The translations under genes and the position numbers were made by a program. From assembly GCA_012026655.1 (NCBI GenBank), contig JAAILG010000979.1, positions 1-64,000 of the forward strand: a stretch of DNA of 64,000 bases, given 5' to 3'. This DNA is from Hydrolagus affinis (Eukaryota). Shown piece after piece: positions 1 through 13,030 of this stretch (positions within the stretch are counted from its first letter, which is position 1; every line of letters starts with the position of its first letter). The notes under the pieces are model-generated. The model had not been told where the DNA came from. It made no database searches and worked only from the letters and a program-made list of their open reading frames with translations.

Positions 1-1324
1 GTCTGTGTTTTGACAAGTAACAGTAGATCAGTGGATTATCGTGAGGATTCCTTTTGCAAACCTTCTATTAAACAGAGAGTTGTGACAACAGAAGGTGAAG
101 CTGAGATTGGAGTATATCAGAAAGCATTGTGCTGAGATGTGCAGGTGGTACTTCCAGAATGTATTTAAGATCACAAAGATTCTGTTGTGACTGTTGGGGG
201 AACGGGACAATAAAAACAGTGTTTTGTTTGGTGCATGTATGCAGTTCCCTTTCTCCAACTTGCTCAGAATACAAACTAGGGATTATCCTTACAACTCCCC
301 CTTTTTTTAATGTGAACCGCAACCCTTCAACCATAATTACCTATAATCCGCCTGGATGGCTGCAGGGAATTCTATCAGCATTGAGTCATTTCTGTCTCTC
401 ATTAAAGTGATACTGTGAGCGGGTGAAGTACTCCAAGTCCATATCATTTTAGTAGCGAAGGGGTCACTGACCCCTATCCCAAGGCACAATAAAGTATACG
501 GTTCATATATCTGGAAAGGCTATTCATCTCGTCAAAATATTTGTAAATTCCATTATTCCCCAAACTGCATAAGGAAAGTGGATTGGTGTTACACCACAGA
601 AAGCTCCAATGTACATTATACTAGCAACATTATTACACATTAATGCTGACAATCCATCAGACTCTATAGATTAGCTGATTCTAACCAAATACCGTAATAT
701 ACGTAGAGATGCAATTTATTGACCTCTGCAGAGATTTGTGACAGGGTTGAGGTACAGCAGAAGGATAGAGGCCAGCTACAGACCTCTGGTGGCATGACCC
801 AGGGCACAGACCTCTGTAAAAGCCTGTAACCTGCTTAGAAATCTTTCTCAATCCTCCGAGTACAGATGGTGCCTTATTTCAATGTCGCAATGAAGCATAT
901 TGTGTAGATGCTGTGGGACAGGGATACCCATTCTCAAGACGTTTTTGTCAGCAAACAAAGATGCAGCACCTGGTAAAAGGATGAATCACCTGCATTACCA
1001 TACCTAGAATTTCTTTATCTGCTTTAAGACAGGTTCAACATATGTAAATTGTGACATCGACTTCATGGCATTATGTAGGGCAGAGCTGTTCACAAATTGG
1101 CTAGAATGTTTGCCTACAAATAAAATCACTGCAGCTTTCCAGTATTTCCTGTGAAGAACTTCTAGATGCCCCTCTCCCCCCCAGCCCCAAGATGATTGGT
1201 CCCACATCAAACATAATGATATCTTCTTTTATTACATAAGGCAGTTAATACATATACCAATAATAAAATGAATTATTTTATTTTGGGAGATTGCTGCTGA
1301 GGAGACCAAGAAAAATGACCAAGA

Positions 1325-1725
1325 ATAACAACAAGAACTTGGATTTCTTCCCAATAACGGATCCCGGGGCCGAGCCAGGGGGAGGGGGGAAGAAGGTGAC
1401 CGAAAGCGCAGTCGAAAAGAAAGGTCTTTAGCCGAGACCTGAAGGTAGGAAGGGCGCGAGGCGAAGGGAGTGAGTTTCAGAACCTCGGGGCGTAGTGGCT
1501 GAAGGCACAGCCACCGATGGTGGAGCAGAGGATTCAGGGGATGCGGAGGAGCCCAGACCCGGTGAAGTGAAGGCAATGGGTACTCTTGTGAGAGAGGAGG
1601 TCAGAAAGGTGGGGGGGGGGGGGTTGCAGAGGCTAGGAGGGATTTAAATACAAGCATGAGGATGTTAAATTGATCCTCTCCAGGACAGGGAGCCATAAAG
1701 TCCGGCAAGGACTGGGGTAAAGATC
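1325..1725 (-). mobile_element. L2-clade LINE 3' fragment (ORF2 C-terminus and 3' UTR)
   Basis: Minus-strand translation gives WLPVLERIN.., ILMLVFKS, TIGGCAFSHYAP and LKTFLFDCAFGH, typical of the L2 ORF2 end. It has a (TTG)n-type tail, and its 3' UTR is nearly identical to 61665-61790. Confidence 0.85.
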
Positions 1726-2794
1726 TCCTAGCACTTGTCAAAAAGAGAAGGGAATTTTTTCCCCTGTTTTAGTAAACAAACTCCCAAATAGTATCATGGA
1801 ATATTAACACCCCCCCACCCCGCCAAAGAGGCAGAGGGGACAGAGGCAAGTATTCCTCACCTGAGAGACTGGGTAGGTGGCCTGCTCTCTGGACTCCAAT
1901 CCCACCTTGTGAGCAACTGCTAAGTGTAAATGGAGTGTGACCTAGGGTCACTGAGAGATGCATCTCTCGCAGGTGGCTGCTCTTTACCTAACATCTCCTC
2001 TGTAATGCCCCCCCAGAAGCCACAGCTGAAACAGCAGCTCAGTAAGGAAATCGCAGGCAAATCTGAAACCAGAAGCTTAATAAGTAACTCTCAAATTACT
2101 TTCCCTGGACTCACCCAATTAATTTTGAAATTATGAGAAAAATAAGGCTCCACATTTGCAGTTGAACTTGCTTGTGATTTCACTACCCTCAGATGTTGAT
2201 GGAGTAATTATGGGAAATTCTGATACATTGGGGACCCAGCCTGCTGTCTGCAGTGAAAGGTCTAATGTGTTTGAAATGCAAACAATTGCATAATTAAGAT
2301 GAAACAGAAGCCAATTTGGTTCAGAATGGATGTAAAAAGCAGCATTAGGGATAAATAGTTTTTTTTCTGAAAAACACACAATGAAAGGATTATTACTATT
2401 AGTAAATACACAAGGAATTTGTTGGGCACGTGGATTGAGTCAATTAGAGGCTAGAAAAAGGAAGCGAAAAAAGCAGCCAAGAGGAACACTGTTTGGCACA
2501 CATATCTTATGGGGAACAGAGGCTGAAAGAAATTAGTGCTGCCTTAACTGGATTTTTGAACCTCCACTTATTTGTCATATATCTAGGTCTGTATAAGCTT
2601 CAATTTCTTGCAGCTTAACATGGACAGAAGCCATCCTACATTGCTCCCACTAATGCCTTCTGAGTGCCCACTGAGCCCTTTGCTCCACAGACTTCAGCTT
2701 CTATGCTTCAAACTGTTGGAACTCCCTGTTGCAATCCCTCCATCTAGCTCCCAATCTACATCAAAGTGCTTCACAAGAATCTTTCTGTGCTAAT

Positions 2795-3055
2795 GTTAGA
2801 CTATGTTAGCAGCTAGTTAATGCACAGCAATGTCCCATAAACTGCCATGAAATTAGTGCGCTTTTGTTTTTAAATCTGGGAGTTTGACAGAAGACAACAG
2901 AAGAAACTCCGTACTTATAACTGAAATATGCCAGGAGATTTTTAATGTTCATCTGAATTAGAAAGATGGTAACTAGATGATGCATCATCCGAAGGATGGC
3001 ACCTCTGACACTGTGGTATGCCCACAAAGAGACTTTAAGTGCCAACATAGTACTC
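2795..3055 (-). mobile_element. Degraded DeuSINE (SacSINE1/AmnSINE1-like) fragment
   Basis: Contains catccgaaggatggcacctctgacactg (reverse complement of the Deu domain) and gcacagcaatgtcccataaac (3' region). Confidence 0.6.
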
Positions 3056-6000
3056 TCTCGCCAAAGGTTTTTGATTTCAAGATCTATCAACCAAGCCAGG
3101 CTGTTGCAGAGGAACATTTCAAAGGACAGCTTGGATTTAGGAGCTCACAATTAAACAATGTTTCTGAAAAGAGAACGGATTTAGCGATATGGAGAGAAGG
3201 CAGCTGCCTGAGGTTGAAAAATATCAAAAAGGGAAATTAATGGTACTAATTGAAAAATGGGTTAGCTATCAGATTGATGGAAGATGGGCTGTGAAATATT
3301 TAAAATTAATAATTTAGGCTTTTATAATAAAACAAATCTCTTTCATCTCCACAATCTTCCGACTCGAATTCATTTGGATTTATTTTCTGCACTTGCTAAT
3401 GTGTCTTGATATTGCACAGTGAATGTACATTTATCTGCAATTCCAGCCAGCGATTGGCCCCAAAATGTAGTCACTTTTTTAAACTGGGCTCACAGCCAGC
3501 GACAACCCCCCAAGTACCAGCCACTAATCACCAGCCTTACTTTGCAGTCAGCACCTATCTCCTGAAAATCGTTAAACATATATTATATACATTAGTTTTT
3601 GGGGCACAATCTCCACTTACATCAAGCAGAGTTTAAAAATAAACTTCAATGAATCAGAGCCAGGAAATAGGCAGAGATTAATAGAATGGTTTTATTATAT
3701 AAAAAGACTAAATTATTCAAACAAATTAAATTGTATTTTTCACCGCCTGCTCTCCATCACTAATATTTCTTGCCCCTTCACACCTGCCTGATATATTTGA
3801 TCTCTAAATTTGGGACTTAGTGACCAGGCTATTTTGCAGACACTTTGTTTCCACGCTGAAAATGCTTTACTACACATTACAATAACTCCAATGAAGCATT
3901 TTGAGATGCCTTCCCCACTTGAAAAGCATGACATCAACTGTAAAGTTTGCTGTTAAGTATGGAACAGGAATTAACTTGGATTTGTTAAGAGAAAAACTCC
4001 TTCCCACCTTCCCCCACAAACACCCGACACCTGTGGAGCAGGATCACACATTCAAACTTCCAGATTGTGTTTTTGACACCGGTTTCATGGGATAAATGAG
4101 AAATCAGGAAAGCTATGATCCGGTCCTGGTAATCGTCAGTTGAATCTTGTGATCTGCAAGTCAAATGTCTTGGCAGGCTCCACTGATTCCTGTTCAATAC
4201 TTAAGTAATTTCTAAATAAACACTGCATGTTTGACCTCACATCTGTGGTTAAAAAAAAATCTGTGTGTGCAAGTGAGTGCGTGCATTGCTCTCTGTCTTT
4301 TTCTCACACACAGTGTTCATTAAATAGCTGTCAAACACCAGCTATGACCATTCTTCATTGTGCACAATGCATAAAAGAGGCTATGTAGCATCTTCTCTCC
4401 ATCTCTCCCTCCCCACCCCCATTCGAAAAAAATACCTTGTTATTTGTCCAAAACATAACCACACATGGTTAAAACTTTTAACATCGGAATATACTTTCCT
4501 TTGGGGGGTGGAGGGGGGTGGGGTGGGTGGGGGAGCGGTGGGGAACCTTAAATTTTTCTCAGTGTAACAAGTAAAACAAATAAATCTGGCCATCCATCCT
4601 GGTTCCTTCACTGAAGATCTGCTGGAATCATGATTTATAAAGAGCCCTCCAGGTGCTGGTTTGCACGCAATACATCAAAAACAGATTCATGAACTCAAAA
4701 AGCATTTGGGTTTTGTTTTGGAAGGAAAAGAAAAGAAGTTTAATCAATACAAGTTGGCAGTAAAAAAAAACAGGCGGTTCAGTTCAAGTCAAATCTTCTA
4801 CTTATTTAACAAAAAAAGTTATTTTTTTTTAAAAAATGGCCACCGGCATATTTATAAATCAGCGAGATGCGATACATGTTTAGCTACAGTTCTTCTCCTT
4901 CAATTTACAGCCTTTTATGGCTCAAATTGGGCATCAAACATTCACATTTTTTTCTCGTTCACTCCTCTCATTACACCCGCGCCCCACCACCACCGATTTC
5001 TCCATAAGTCGTTAACAAACAATGAACTATCATCTCTTACGAACCTCCCCACCCTTTTACAAAACAAAAGCAGCAGCTACAGATCTATTTTCTGCCATCT
5101 ATACTATGCTTTTGAATGCATTATTTAACACACACTAATATATTCCGCTGCATTTCGCAACAAGACGACCTGAGGAAAGGACCATTAACCAATCCTTTTC
5201 TTCCTCTAATCATATAATTTCTCATGCACTTTACCATTACTGTTGACCTGCAGCTACCTCGGTGAATTTAGCACATTTCCCTCTCTATTTAACCCCTTCT
5301 TCAGCCCGCTATGCTTTTGGCTAAAAAGCATTTATGCCAATAAAGCTCGGATGCTGAGAATAGTTAAGCTCAAGTTCTCACAGCACATCTAAAGCCCGAC
5401 AGGAATCTGAACATTTGAACTATATAATCCCCAGCATAGGAAATCCATCCTATTCTAAGCATTGTGGTATTCTCCCCACTTTAAAAAAAATTCTTGTAAA
5501 TGTTTCCACCTTAAATTCCTTCTACAATTTTATAGGCTTTTCACTTAATTTGTCCAAATACTTTTGAATGCTATAATTCGTCACATAGCTTGGAGATATT
5601 AGCAAGTTTTATAATATTCTTGAAAATATTTTCCTCCAACTAAACTGTACATAGGAAGTGACCCAGAATAAATTCCTATGATACCAACCACCTTCCCCCA
5701 AGACAAAGCCAAAGACAAAGTGAATTCTAATTCAGTTCGTCTGTCTTGGGAAGAACTTAAGCATTAAATGTCTTATGGGTACCCAGACCAGCTGGGATGC
5801 ACTGCTAGAAACCCTTAATAAATAAAACAGGCAAGGTTTCAATTAATATCTTTAGGAATTCTACAAGTACACAAAGGGATAACTAAGGTAATTCTGATAA
5901 TTCAACCAGACACATAAAATAGGGAACTTGCAGCCCAGACTATAGTAAATGTCTAACATTTTACAGAACACTCCCAATGACTGTCAACAGGATATAAACA

Positions 6001-6059
6001 GTACGCCATGTCTGGCCTAAACTATCCATTGAATAGAAGGAGTTTGCGAGAGCATTTAA

Positions 6060-6630
6060 TAAAAATTTTGCACACAGCTTTTAAAGGTTAAAGTTAGGGA
6101 ACATAAGGAGGCAAAGTAGCTCACCGGATTGAAAACTATCTTAGGCAATGGAAAGGGGAGGCTAATGATAAACTGTCAAAACTCTATAATGGATAAATGC
6201 AAGGCTATGCATACTGGTACAAAAATGGATGGATGCTTTCATTGTGACTATTGACCATTCACTGAATCAGTCAATGTAAGGCTGTTAGCAATAAGACTAA
6301 TTAAGTAATGGAGTGCACATCTAAGAAATTTGATTATACGGTTATTTTATCTGTATTACTCATTAATGCAGCCACATTGGCAATACTGTGTGCAATCTTG
6401 GGCACCTTACCTTCAAAAGGACATTAATGTATTGGAAGGGTTCAGAAAACCAAAGCATAATTCTGGAATAGGGCTATCATGCAAAACTCACAAAATGAAA
6501 TTTGTTTTCACTGGAGAAAGCAAGATTAAATGGAAGATGATATAGGACTTTAAAAACACTCAGATGTAGATAACACAGATGTAAGCAGATTTTTTCACTT
6601 AAACTGTAATCACAGAATGAGAGTCTGCCT
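6060..6630 (+). mobile_element. Old CR1-clade LINE ORF2 fragment
   Basis: LYYSLMQPHWQYCVQSWAPYLQKDINVLEG resembles the CR1 motif LYxSLVRPHLEYCVQFWSPxxxKDIxxLE. The surrounding sequence is frameshifted. Confidence 0.8.
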
Positions 6631-6774
6631 GTGCAGAGCTCAAATGCCTTGTGCAACTGAAATCAGACTATTTCCTGTGCCTTCCCCACAGAGCAATGTA
6701 ATAGTCTCCATTAACTCTGGCAGTCGATTAGCTCCTTAATAATCACTATTACCTAACCCTGATAGCATCAAGGA

Positions 6775-6990
6775 TAAATGCACAATCTGGGCCATATACA
6801 AGGACATGCAGACCAGAAGGTTTTAGGTTCAAGTCCCGCTGTCTTAAACATTACAACTGATCTCAGCTGGGACAACAGATGAGAAATGCTCCAATTTCTA
6901 CATAACATCCATAGGTTAAAGAGGGCAGAATCAGCTAGTGTTCTTTCTTCTGCTCATCATTATACTGCAGTAAAGTAATTATAAATATAG
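6775..6990 (+). mobile_element. Ancient tRNA-derived SINE remnant (tentatively AmnSINE2-like)
   Basis: B-box-like ggttcaagtccc followed by ctgatctcagctggg. Homologous to copies at 37110-37400 and 47085-47370. Confidence 0.5.
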
Positions 6991-8494
6991 TTGAGCTAAT
7001 TATGATTCCAGAGTATATTCAATTTGTTTGAAGTACACCCATATACATTATTGGTTTACACTTTCTCGGCACATTGCAACTAGTCAACAAAATACTGTAC
7101 TCTAACCAAACATCATGATTGCAGTCTTACAAGAATCCCCTTTTCAAAGGGCACGTCAGGTCCAGCACTGACCAGTGCCCATCAGGACCAGGATTGGTCA
7201 AATGGTACCAATTGAGGATAATTAAGGTCAGTTAAGATACACACAGTTCCAACATTGCTTTCCCCCAAACTGAAATTTCCCTCAACGTTATTACAAAGTA
7301 ATTTTCCTTCCAAATAAAACAAGTTTTCCGCACGAACACAACAGCTGATGTCAGAATTCATCTTGCATTCAGCAGCTGCCTCGAGCATCTTGTAAAGTAA
7401 TTTTCAGGTTTTATTTCTTCTCTCTTCTTCATTAAAATGAATGAGGCAGAATCGCTAACAGAGGCTGGCAGCGGAACATCGCTGACATGCAAACGGCTGC
7501 CTAAACTGTGCGCCAAAGTTGAATCTGCCTCCGGGGCGAGGCGGGCGGGCAGATTCTAAGAAAAGGATCTACATCCAAGGTGGAAGTTACTTTAAAAAAT
7601 CATTAAATAAGCCAGGACACAAAAGGAAAATTACTGGACGAGAGGCAGGTGGGGGAAAGAGTGAGCGGGAGACACATTCTGTCAACATAAAGTACTCACT
7701 GTTACATCTCACGCAGCTTGAGTTCTAAAAGGGTACTATATTTATCTGAATTGCTATATACTCTTAAAGGCTATAAAAGGAAATTTCCCTGGAACATCTC
7801 AATCCTCCTTCAATTCCAATGCCTTACAGTTTAATAATAGGTCAGAAATTATCAGGAAGCTACAATTCTGCCCTTTCAGTGAGTATCACTCGGATCTGCT
7901 CTATTGACATGGTGAATTAGGCTGAAGGGTTGGGGGCAGCACACTCCATTCAGTTCACGTGGAGTGAAAAGACCCACAAGCTGTCATTGAAAGGAGAATT
8001 CACATTTTGTGTCTGCACCTGGGTTGCCTCTGGTCATCAGTTTTCAACAGTGAAAGTGAAACAAAATTTGGGAACAAACCAAAATAGAAGCGCATCAGTG
8101 AAGTTTAGCAGCTTGCTGCCACGTGGCCATTACTTTTGGATTAAGCTGGACATCTTCCCTGATCCTTTCAATCTTGCTGGTGTCCTATACATGTGAAGCC
8201 TGACCCTTCACCTGGATTTCTCAATAAAAGAGGAAAATATCATTACTAACATTTCACATTACATGACAATTCAATTAGGGTCTGCAGTATTGTCATAAAC
8301 AATGCATTTGCAGCCAATACAGTATTGATGGAAATGTAGAGGGAATTACATTGAATTCAATATTCTGTACTATACTGTGATTTTTTTTGTATGATACTCT
8401 TTAGTTCATTCTCAACCCCTATCTGCAAAGTATTTCATCTCAGTCTTATGTAGCTACCAATCCCCCTTCTTCAAAGGACAGGATCTAAAATTGA

Positions 8495-8640
8495 AGCCAT
8501 ATGGCACAGATACAGGGCATTCGGCCTAACAAGTCTTCGCTGGCGTTCATACTCCATACAAGCCCCCACCACTTCTATTCCCCTCGATTCTCCTTTTCTT
8601 TCATGTATGCACCAAGTTTTCTCTTAAACTCATCGATACT
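8495..8640 (-). mobile_element. CR1 LINE 3' end fragment
   Basis: ggcattcggcc is the reverse complement of the CR1 terminal motif GGCCGAATGGCC. It is followed by CR1-like 3' UTR and ORF-end sequence. Confidence 0.65.
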
Positions 8641-10149
8641 GGTATTCTACAAGAATGTTTGTTAAAGACTCTGTAACTGTTTGAAGAATTTACTTTTGAA
8701 TGGATTTGGTGTTTGGTAAGACTTTCTTCTTTCCTCCCCCTCCCCCCATCCACCCCTCACCACTCCACACACCCTTTTGTCACAGTAACTTTCCCCAATC
8801 AAAGAGTATATGCGTGTGACTGTAATTTTAGCTCTGGCACAATTGGCTTGAGTCTACAGATGAGAGGGTGGGAAAGCGAGGAAAGAGAAGGGAATGGGGA
8901 AAAAAAATAATCGGGATTTCTTCCAAGTTTTGCCAGCCTCCAGTGTGAATTTAACATCCAACTGAACAGGCAAGACAGGATAATTATTTAAAGGATTCTC
9001 TGACAATTCTGCACACCCCCCTCCCCGCCCCCCACCCACCCCACCCAACCCCCCACCCCAGCATTACACTGGAAAACCAGCCTAAACTGTGAGCTCCAAG
9101 TCCCGATGTGAGAAATTGTTCCAAGTCTGCATTAATGAATGAAGATATTATTGTCCTGACAGAAAATGATGTCCATTTACTTTCCTATTTCACAACTGTC
9201 AAAACTGGATTTGATGTCAGTAAAATGGTAACCATAGGAAACGACAGCACATCTAGCTTTTGCAATCACATTCAATATTGCTGATTCCGTTTACCAGATT
9301 AGACATTTCTCTCAGAAGTGATAGCTTTTCTTTGGTCCCTTATGTAAAAATTGTCAATCTATTATAGTGTTTCGGTTTTAATCACCTCTCCTTTGATTGA
9401 CATTCAGAACACAATCTTTCTCTCTTTACATGACGCACAATATCTGAATCAAGACACGTGGAATGTCTCGAGCGGAAACACACAAACCCAGGTCACAGAA
9501 ATATCTGCTTGAAGGCAGCAGCGAGATGAAGTCTTCTCTTCGGAAGGCTCCTTCCTCCCAGTTAGTATCAACCTGAAGAACAACCCGGCAATTTTGTTTT
9601 ACGCACAAAAATACTTTTGCAAAGCGAAAGGATCCCTTTGAAAAGTCATCATCATCACTTCCTGACTCATGTGTCTAGGGGACTATTATGCTGTAAAATC
9701 AATTGTGGGACATCTTCCTTTGCCTCAACCCTTCACCTCAATCCTTCAGCAAAGCCCTTAATACTCCATTATGCGTTGAATAGCATGCGATACCTATGAA
9801 GTGGGATTGCTTTGAAAGTTAGTTGATCTCAATGCCACAGAAGAGCAAGTTTCTCTGCCTACTCTTATTTGACCAGATTCATATGTGTACACGTCAGATG
9901 AGGAGTAGCATTTCTCACTTAAATGAGGAACTGGAAACCTAGTGGAGCCTGGAGAACTGTAGTCCAACAAGTCACCGTTTTCTCAAGAAAGAAAAAAAAA
10001 GAAAAAAAAACAAACAATTATGTTTTTTTTGCCCTTCTCAAGTGCTCTTTGGAAAAGGATAGAGACTGTCGACAATTTTTTGTTGTCAAATATAGATTTA
10101 CCAGAATTCATTTTGTGTGCAACTCTCAAGGAGAGTTTAATAATAAGAC

Positions 10150-10320
10150 TAAGAATAATCCTAGCATTTGATACAGCGCATTATCACGTCTTTGAGCCAT
10201 CTCAAAGCGCTCCTTAAATATACTGTAAACTGAATTGTATGTATATTTTGTGGGCAAAATCTGGTATCCCACAAATAGTCATGGATTCCGTTGACCTTTT
10301 TTTTGAAGGAATGATTAACC
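10150..10320 (-). mobile_element. 3' half of the young tRNA-SINE family
   Basis: aataatcctagcatttgatacagcgc...atatactgtaaactgaattg...cccacaaatagtcatggatt matches the 34227-34571 copy. Confidence 0.75.
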
Positions 10321-11689
10321 CTGGAGCTAGTCTGTCAATCGACTACCGGGTTTATACCTACTTAAGATTGATTGGCGCTCCCTATCTACAGTCCAGGACT
10401 ATAACATATCTAACAAAGACTTCTGCCATTTAGGCCGGGGGGAAGGCGATGCAATGGCTGCTACAGAAGAGAAATGTGCACAGATTTGTTTCCCACAATA
10501 GAAAATGAGTTGCTGCTAGTTGCGGCTTGTGATTACATTTTAATTTACTCTTTCCAAACAGCACTGAGGGATCCTCCTCCCAGAAGCTCAGTCTAATCAT
10601 GCAGCCGTGCATCTACAGTATTGTCGAGGTCTTGCTCATCCAGGGAAATGTGGTGAATCATCACTGCACACCGAACCACTCTGTCAGCAAACACATTTAA
10701 TTTACTGCCAGCAATAAAACAATTTCCATCACATAAAGAAGAGTGACAATGGTTGTACATCAAAGTTAATGGGTGATATTGTACAGTGTGTGGATGCTGT
10801 TAAGCATGCTTAATATTTTTAATTGTTGAGGAAACAGTAGTGTGTTTTGTGTCCACTGCACGTATCATCAATGACTGAAACTGGTCACGAACAGCCTCTG
10901 GAGGTAGTGGGACGCAGTTGAGCTGTCCTACGATTGACAGCAAACAGTATTATATGATTCAGAATTAAGCCCTCCCTTTTCACTTCACATGAATGCAATC
11001 ATGATCTATAACAGCACTATAGCATTCTACCAGCTAGCTGCAGCCCTAGGGATTTGCACTGCTTGTCCAGAAAGGGACACCCTACGCATGAGGTTTTTAA
11101 ACTTACAAATGTGAATAGGAATCAAGTTGGAAGAATTCTGTCCTGGGTCCTGCTGACAAACCGCACAGGCTGGTCTGACATCAGCAATGTGTCGGCGAGT
11201 ATTGCACAACCAGAACTGGCTCAGGAACCAGACTCCAGAGACCGTCACAGAATGTTAACGAAACCCAAATTACATTGCCATACCAAGCTAGTCACTAGCT
11301 GGATATAATACAATGACTTGTCCATTGTTCATGCCAGTTTATTTTAAGGGAGCTATAATATTATAAATACTGTACATACTTAAAAGACAGCCTTGTTCCA
11401 CAAATGTGTGCATGGACGAAATGCTTTCTGTTTTTCAGCACGTACACTAATGATCTGAGGGATGATCTGGCAATAAACCAGAGTTCATTTGCCAATTTTC
11501 AGTCATCAGAATCTCTAGTCTATCTGCATGACCATCAGTAAATAACAACGCGGAGAGCACCCTCAGCACAAAACAGACAAAGAACTAAACTGCTCTCACC
11601 ATTTATAAATAAATATTGGAACTGATACCCTTGCACAACGCCGTCTGTATCCCACAAATATCCTCTGTATAATATTAGTTTGCTGGATT

Positions 11690-12110
11690 TCACTTCTGCA
11701 CCTGAGACAGAAGGTTGCGGGTTCAAGTCCAACACCAAGACTTAGAACTATCATTGACTTTAGCTGAAACTCCAATGCAATGCTGGGTGGATGTTGCAAT
11801 GTCAAAGGTGCTGTCCTTCAGGTGAGACGTTTAAACCCAGGTCCTCTCTGTCTGTTGAGGTGATGTTAAAGATCACATGACAATATTCAATGGGAGTATC
11901 TCCCGGTGTGCTGGCCAATAATCCCACAAATAAAATAGTTCATTCACATCATGGCTGTTTCTTGAACATTGGTGTGGATTGGCTACCGCATTCACCCCAA
12001 AAATACACACAACCACATCATCTTAAAGTAAATCCTTTGAAGTGCTTTGAGAAATCTCGACATGGTGATAAGGCACAATATCAAAAGCAAGTATTATCAT
12101 CATTATTACT
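11690..12110 (+). mobile_element. Near full-length DeuSINE (tRNA head, Deu domain, L2-like tail)
   Basis: Head cagaaggttgcgggttcaagtcc. Deu domain gttgcaatgtcaaaggtgctgtccttcaggtgagacgtttaaacc...aaagatcacatg...ggtgtgctggccaat. Tail aagtgctttgaga...gataaggcacaatatcaaaagcaag. Confidence 0.8.
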
Positions 12111-12709
12111 ATTTAATTTGTAAAAACTACTGTGCTAGTTTCCCAAATAAAGCAGATTCCAACAGTGGGGAAACACATTTTCTGTAGTTAACAGATTTCT
12201 TAAGTGTCTAAAAAAATCAAAAATGGTTTGAATGCATTGGATTCAAAATGAGAAATTTGATAAATGTACAATTCTTATTGAGAAATGTGCTAATAAATAC
12301 CTCCAAATAAGACCCCAATTCTTGAACCATGAACCATTATAAACCTAATGATCACCTGAAATTTCCACAGTTGATAATTCACTCCCATATTCTCTATATT
12401 AAATGCAAAATAAGAGTTGAAAGAGAATGGCATAACAGACAAATCAGGTTTCTATTCCCATTCCCATTGTCAATACATAAACAAATTCTTCCGAGAAATT
12501 CTGACTTCCTGTTTGGTCTTCCTCCTAACCGGGTTTCAATTCTACACTCACTGCGATTTACTACCCAGTAAAATTACCACCTTCACTCGTAAGCATTGCC
12601 TTTACCAGTTCCAATTTAGTTAATGAAAGCTCTGCGCACCAGCTTGTTCTTTTTTTAAAAGGGGGGAAAGCGAGTGGATAAAATGTAAGTGCTCATCAAC
12701 GGTGACAAC

Positions 12710-13030
12710 TTATCACCAATGTCAGCATCAGGAGCTCCCATGGTGCAGTACAGGTTGAAGGCAGAAAAGAGATCCCTTTAATTTGACCCAACTATCTACA
12801 TTCGTCCATATCACAGTATACCTTTGACTGCACCACTGTCATGCTTCTAATTCCCACAACAGACATTCCTCATAGCCTCTGTGAGTGAAACGGTCAATTT
12901 AGTTCCAATTAGTCATTCCTAAAGTAATTTTACAGACAGGAAAAAGGAGATTTATCCTATCTGTCAGAGCTAGAATCAAACCTGGGTACAAGAGGTAAAA
13001 AGGCAGTGCATAAAGCCACTGCCCCACCTT
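12710..13030 (-). mobile_element. LF-SINE-like element
   Basis: Reverse complement has a tRNA head (GCAGTGG...GCCTTTTTACCTCT...CCAGGTTTGATTCTAGC), then AATTGGAACTAAATTGACC..CACTCACAGAGGC, then CCTGTACTGCACCATGGGAGCTCCTGATGCTGACA. This resembles the LF-SINE consensus as I recall it. Confidence 0.6.

Noticed and set aside
781-794. CTCF-like motif (TGCCACCAGAGGTC on the minus strand; another at 47331-47346)
   Set aside because: Partial matches of this quality are expected by chance in 64 kb. They need PWM or ChIP support.
4501-4545. G-quadruplex-forming G/C runs (also about 9015-9060, 17572-17630 and 31722-31760)
   Set aside because: Common low-complexity tracts in this sequence with no evidence of function.
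4661-5128. 155-aa plus-strand ORF
   Set aside because: TTG start, low-complexity K/F/H composition from A/T runs, no recognisable domain or splice context.
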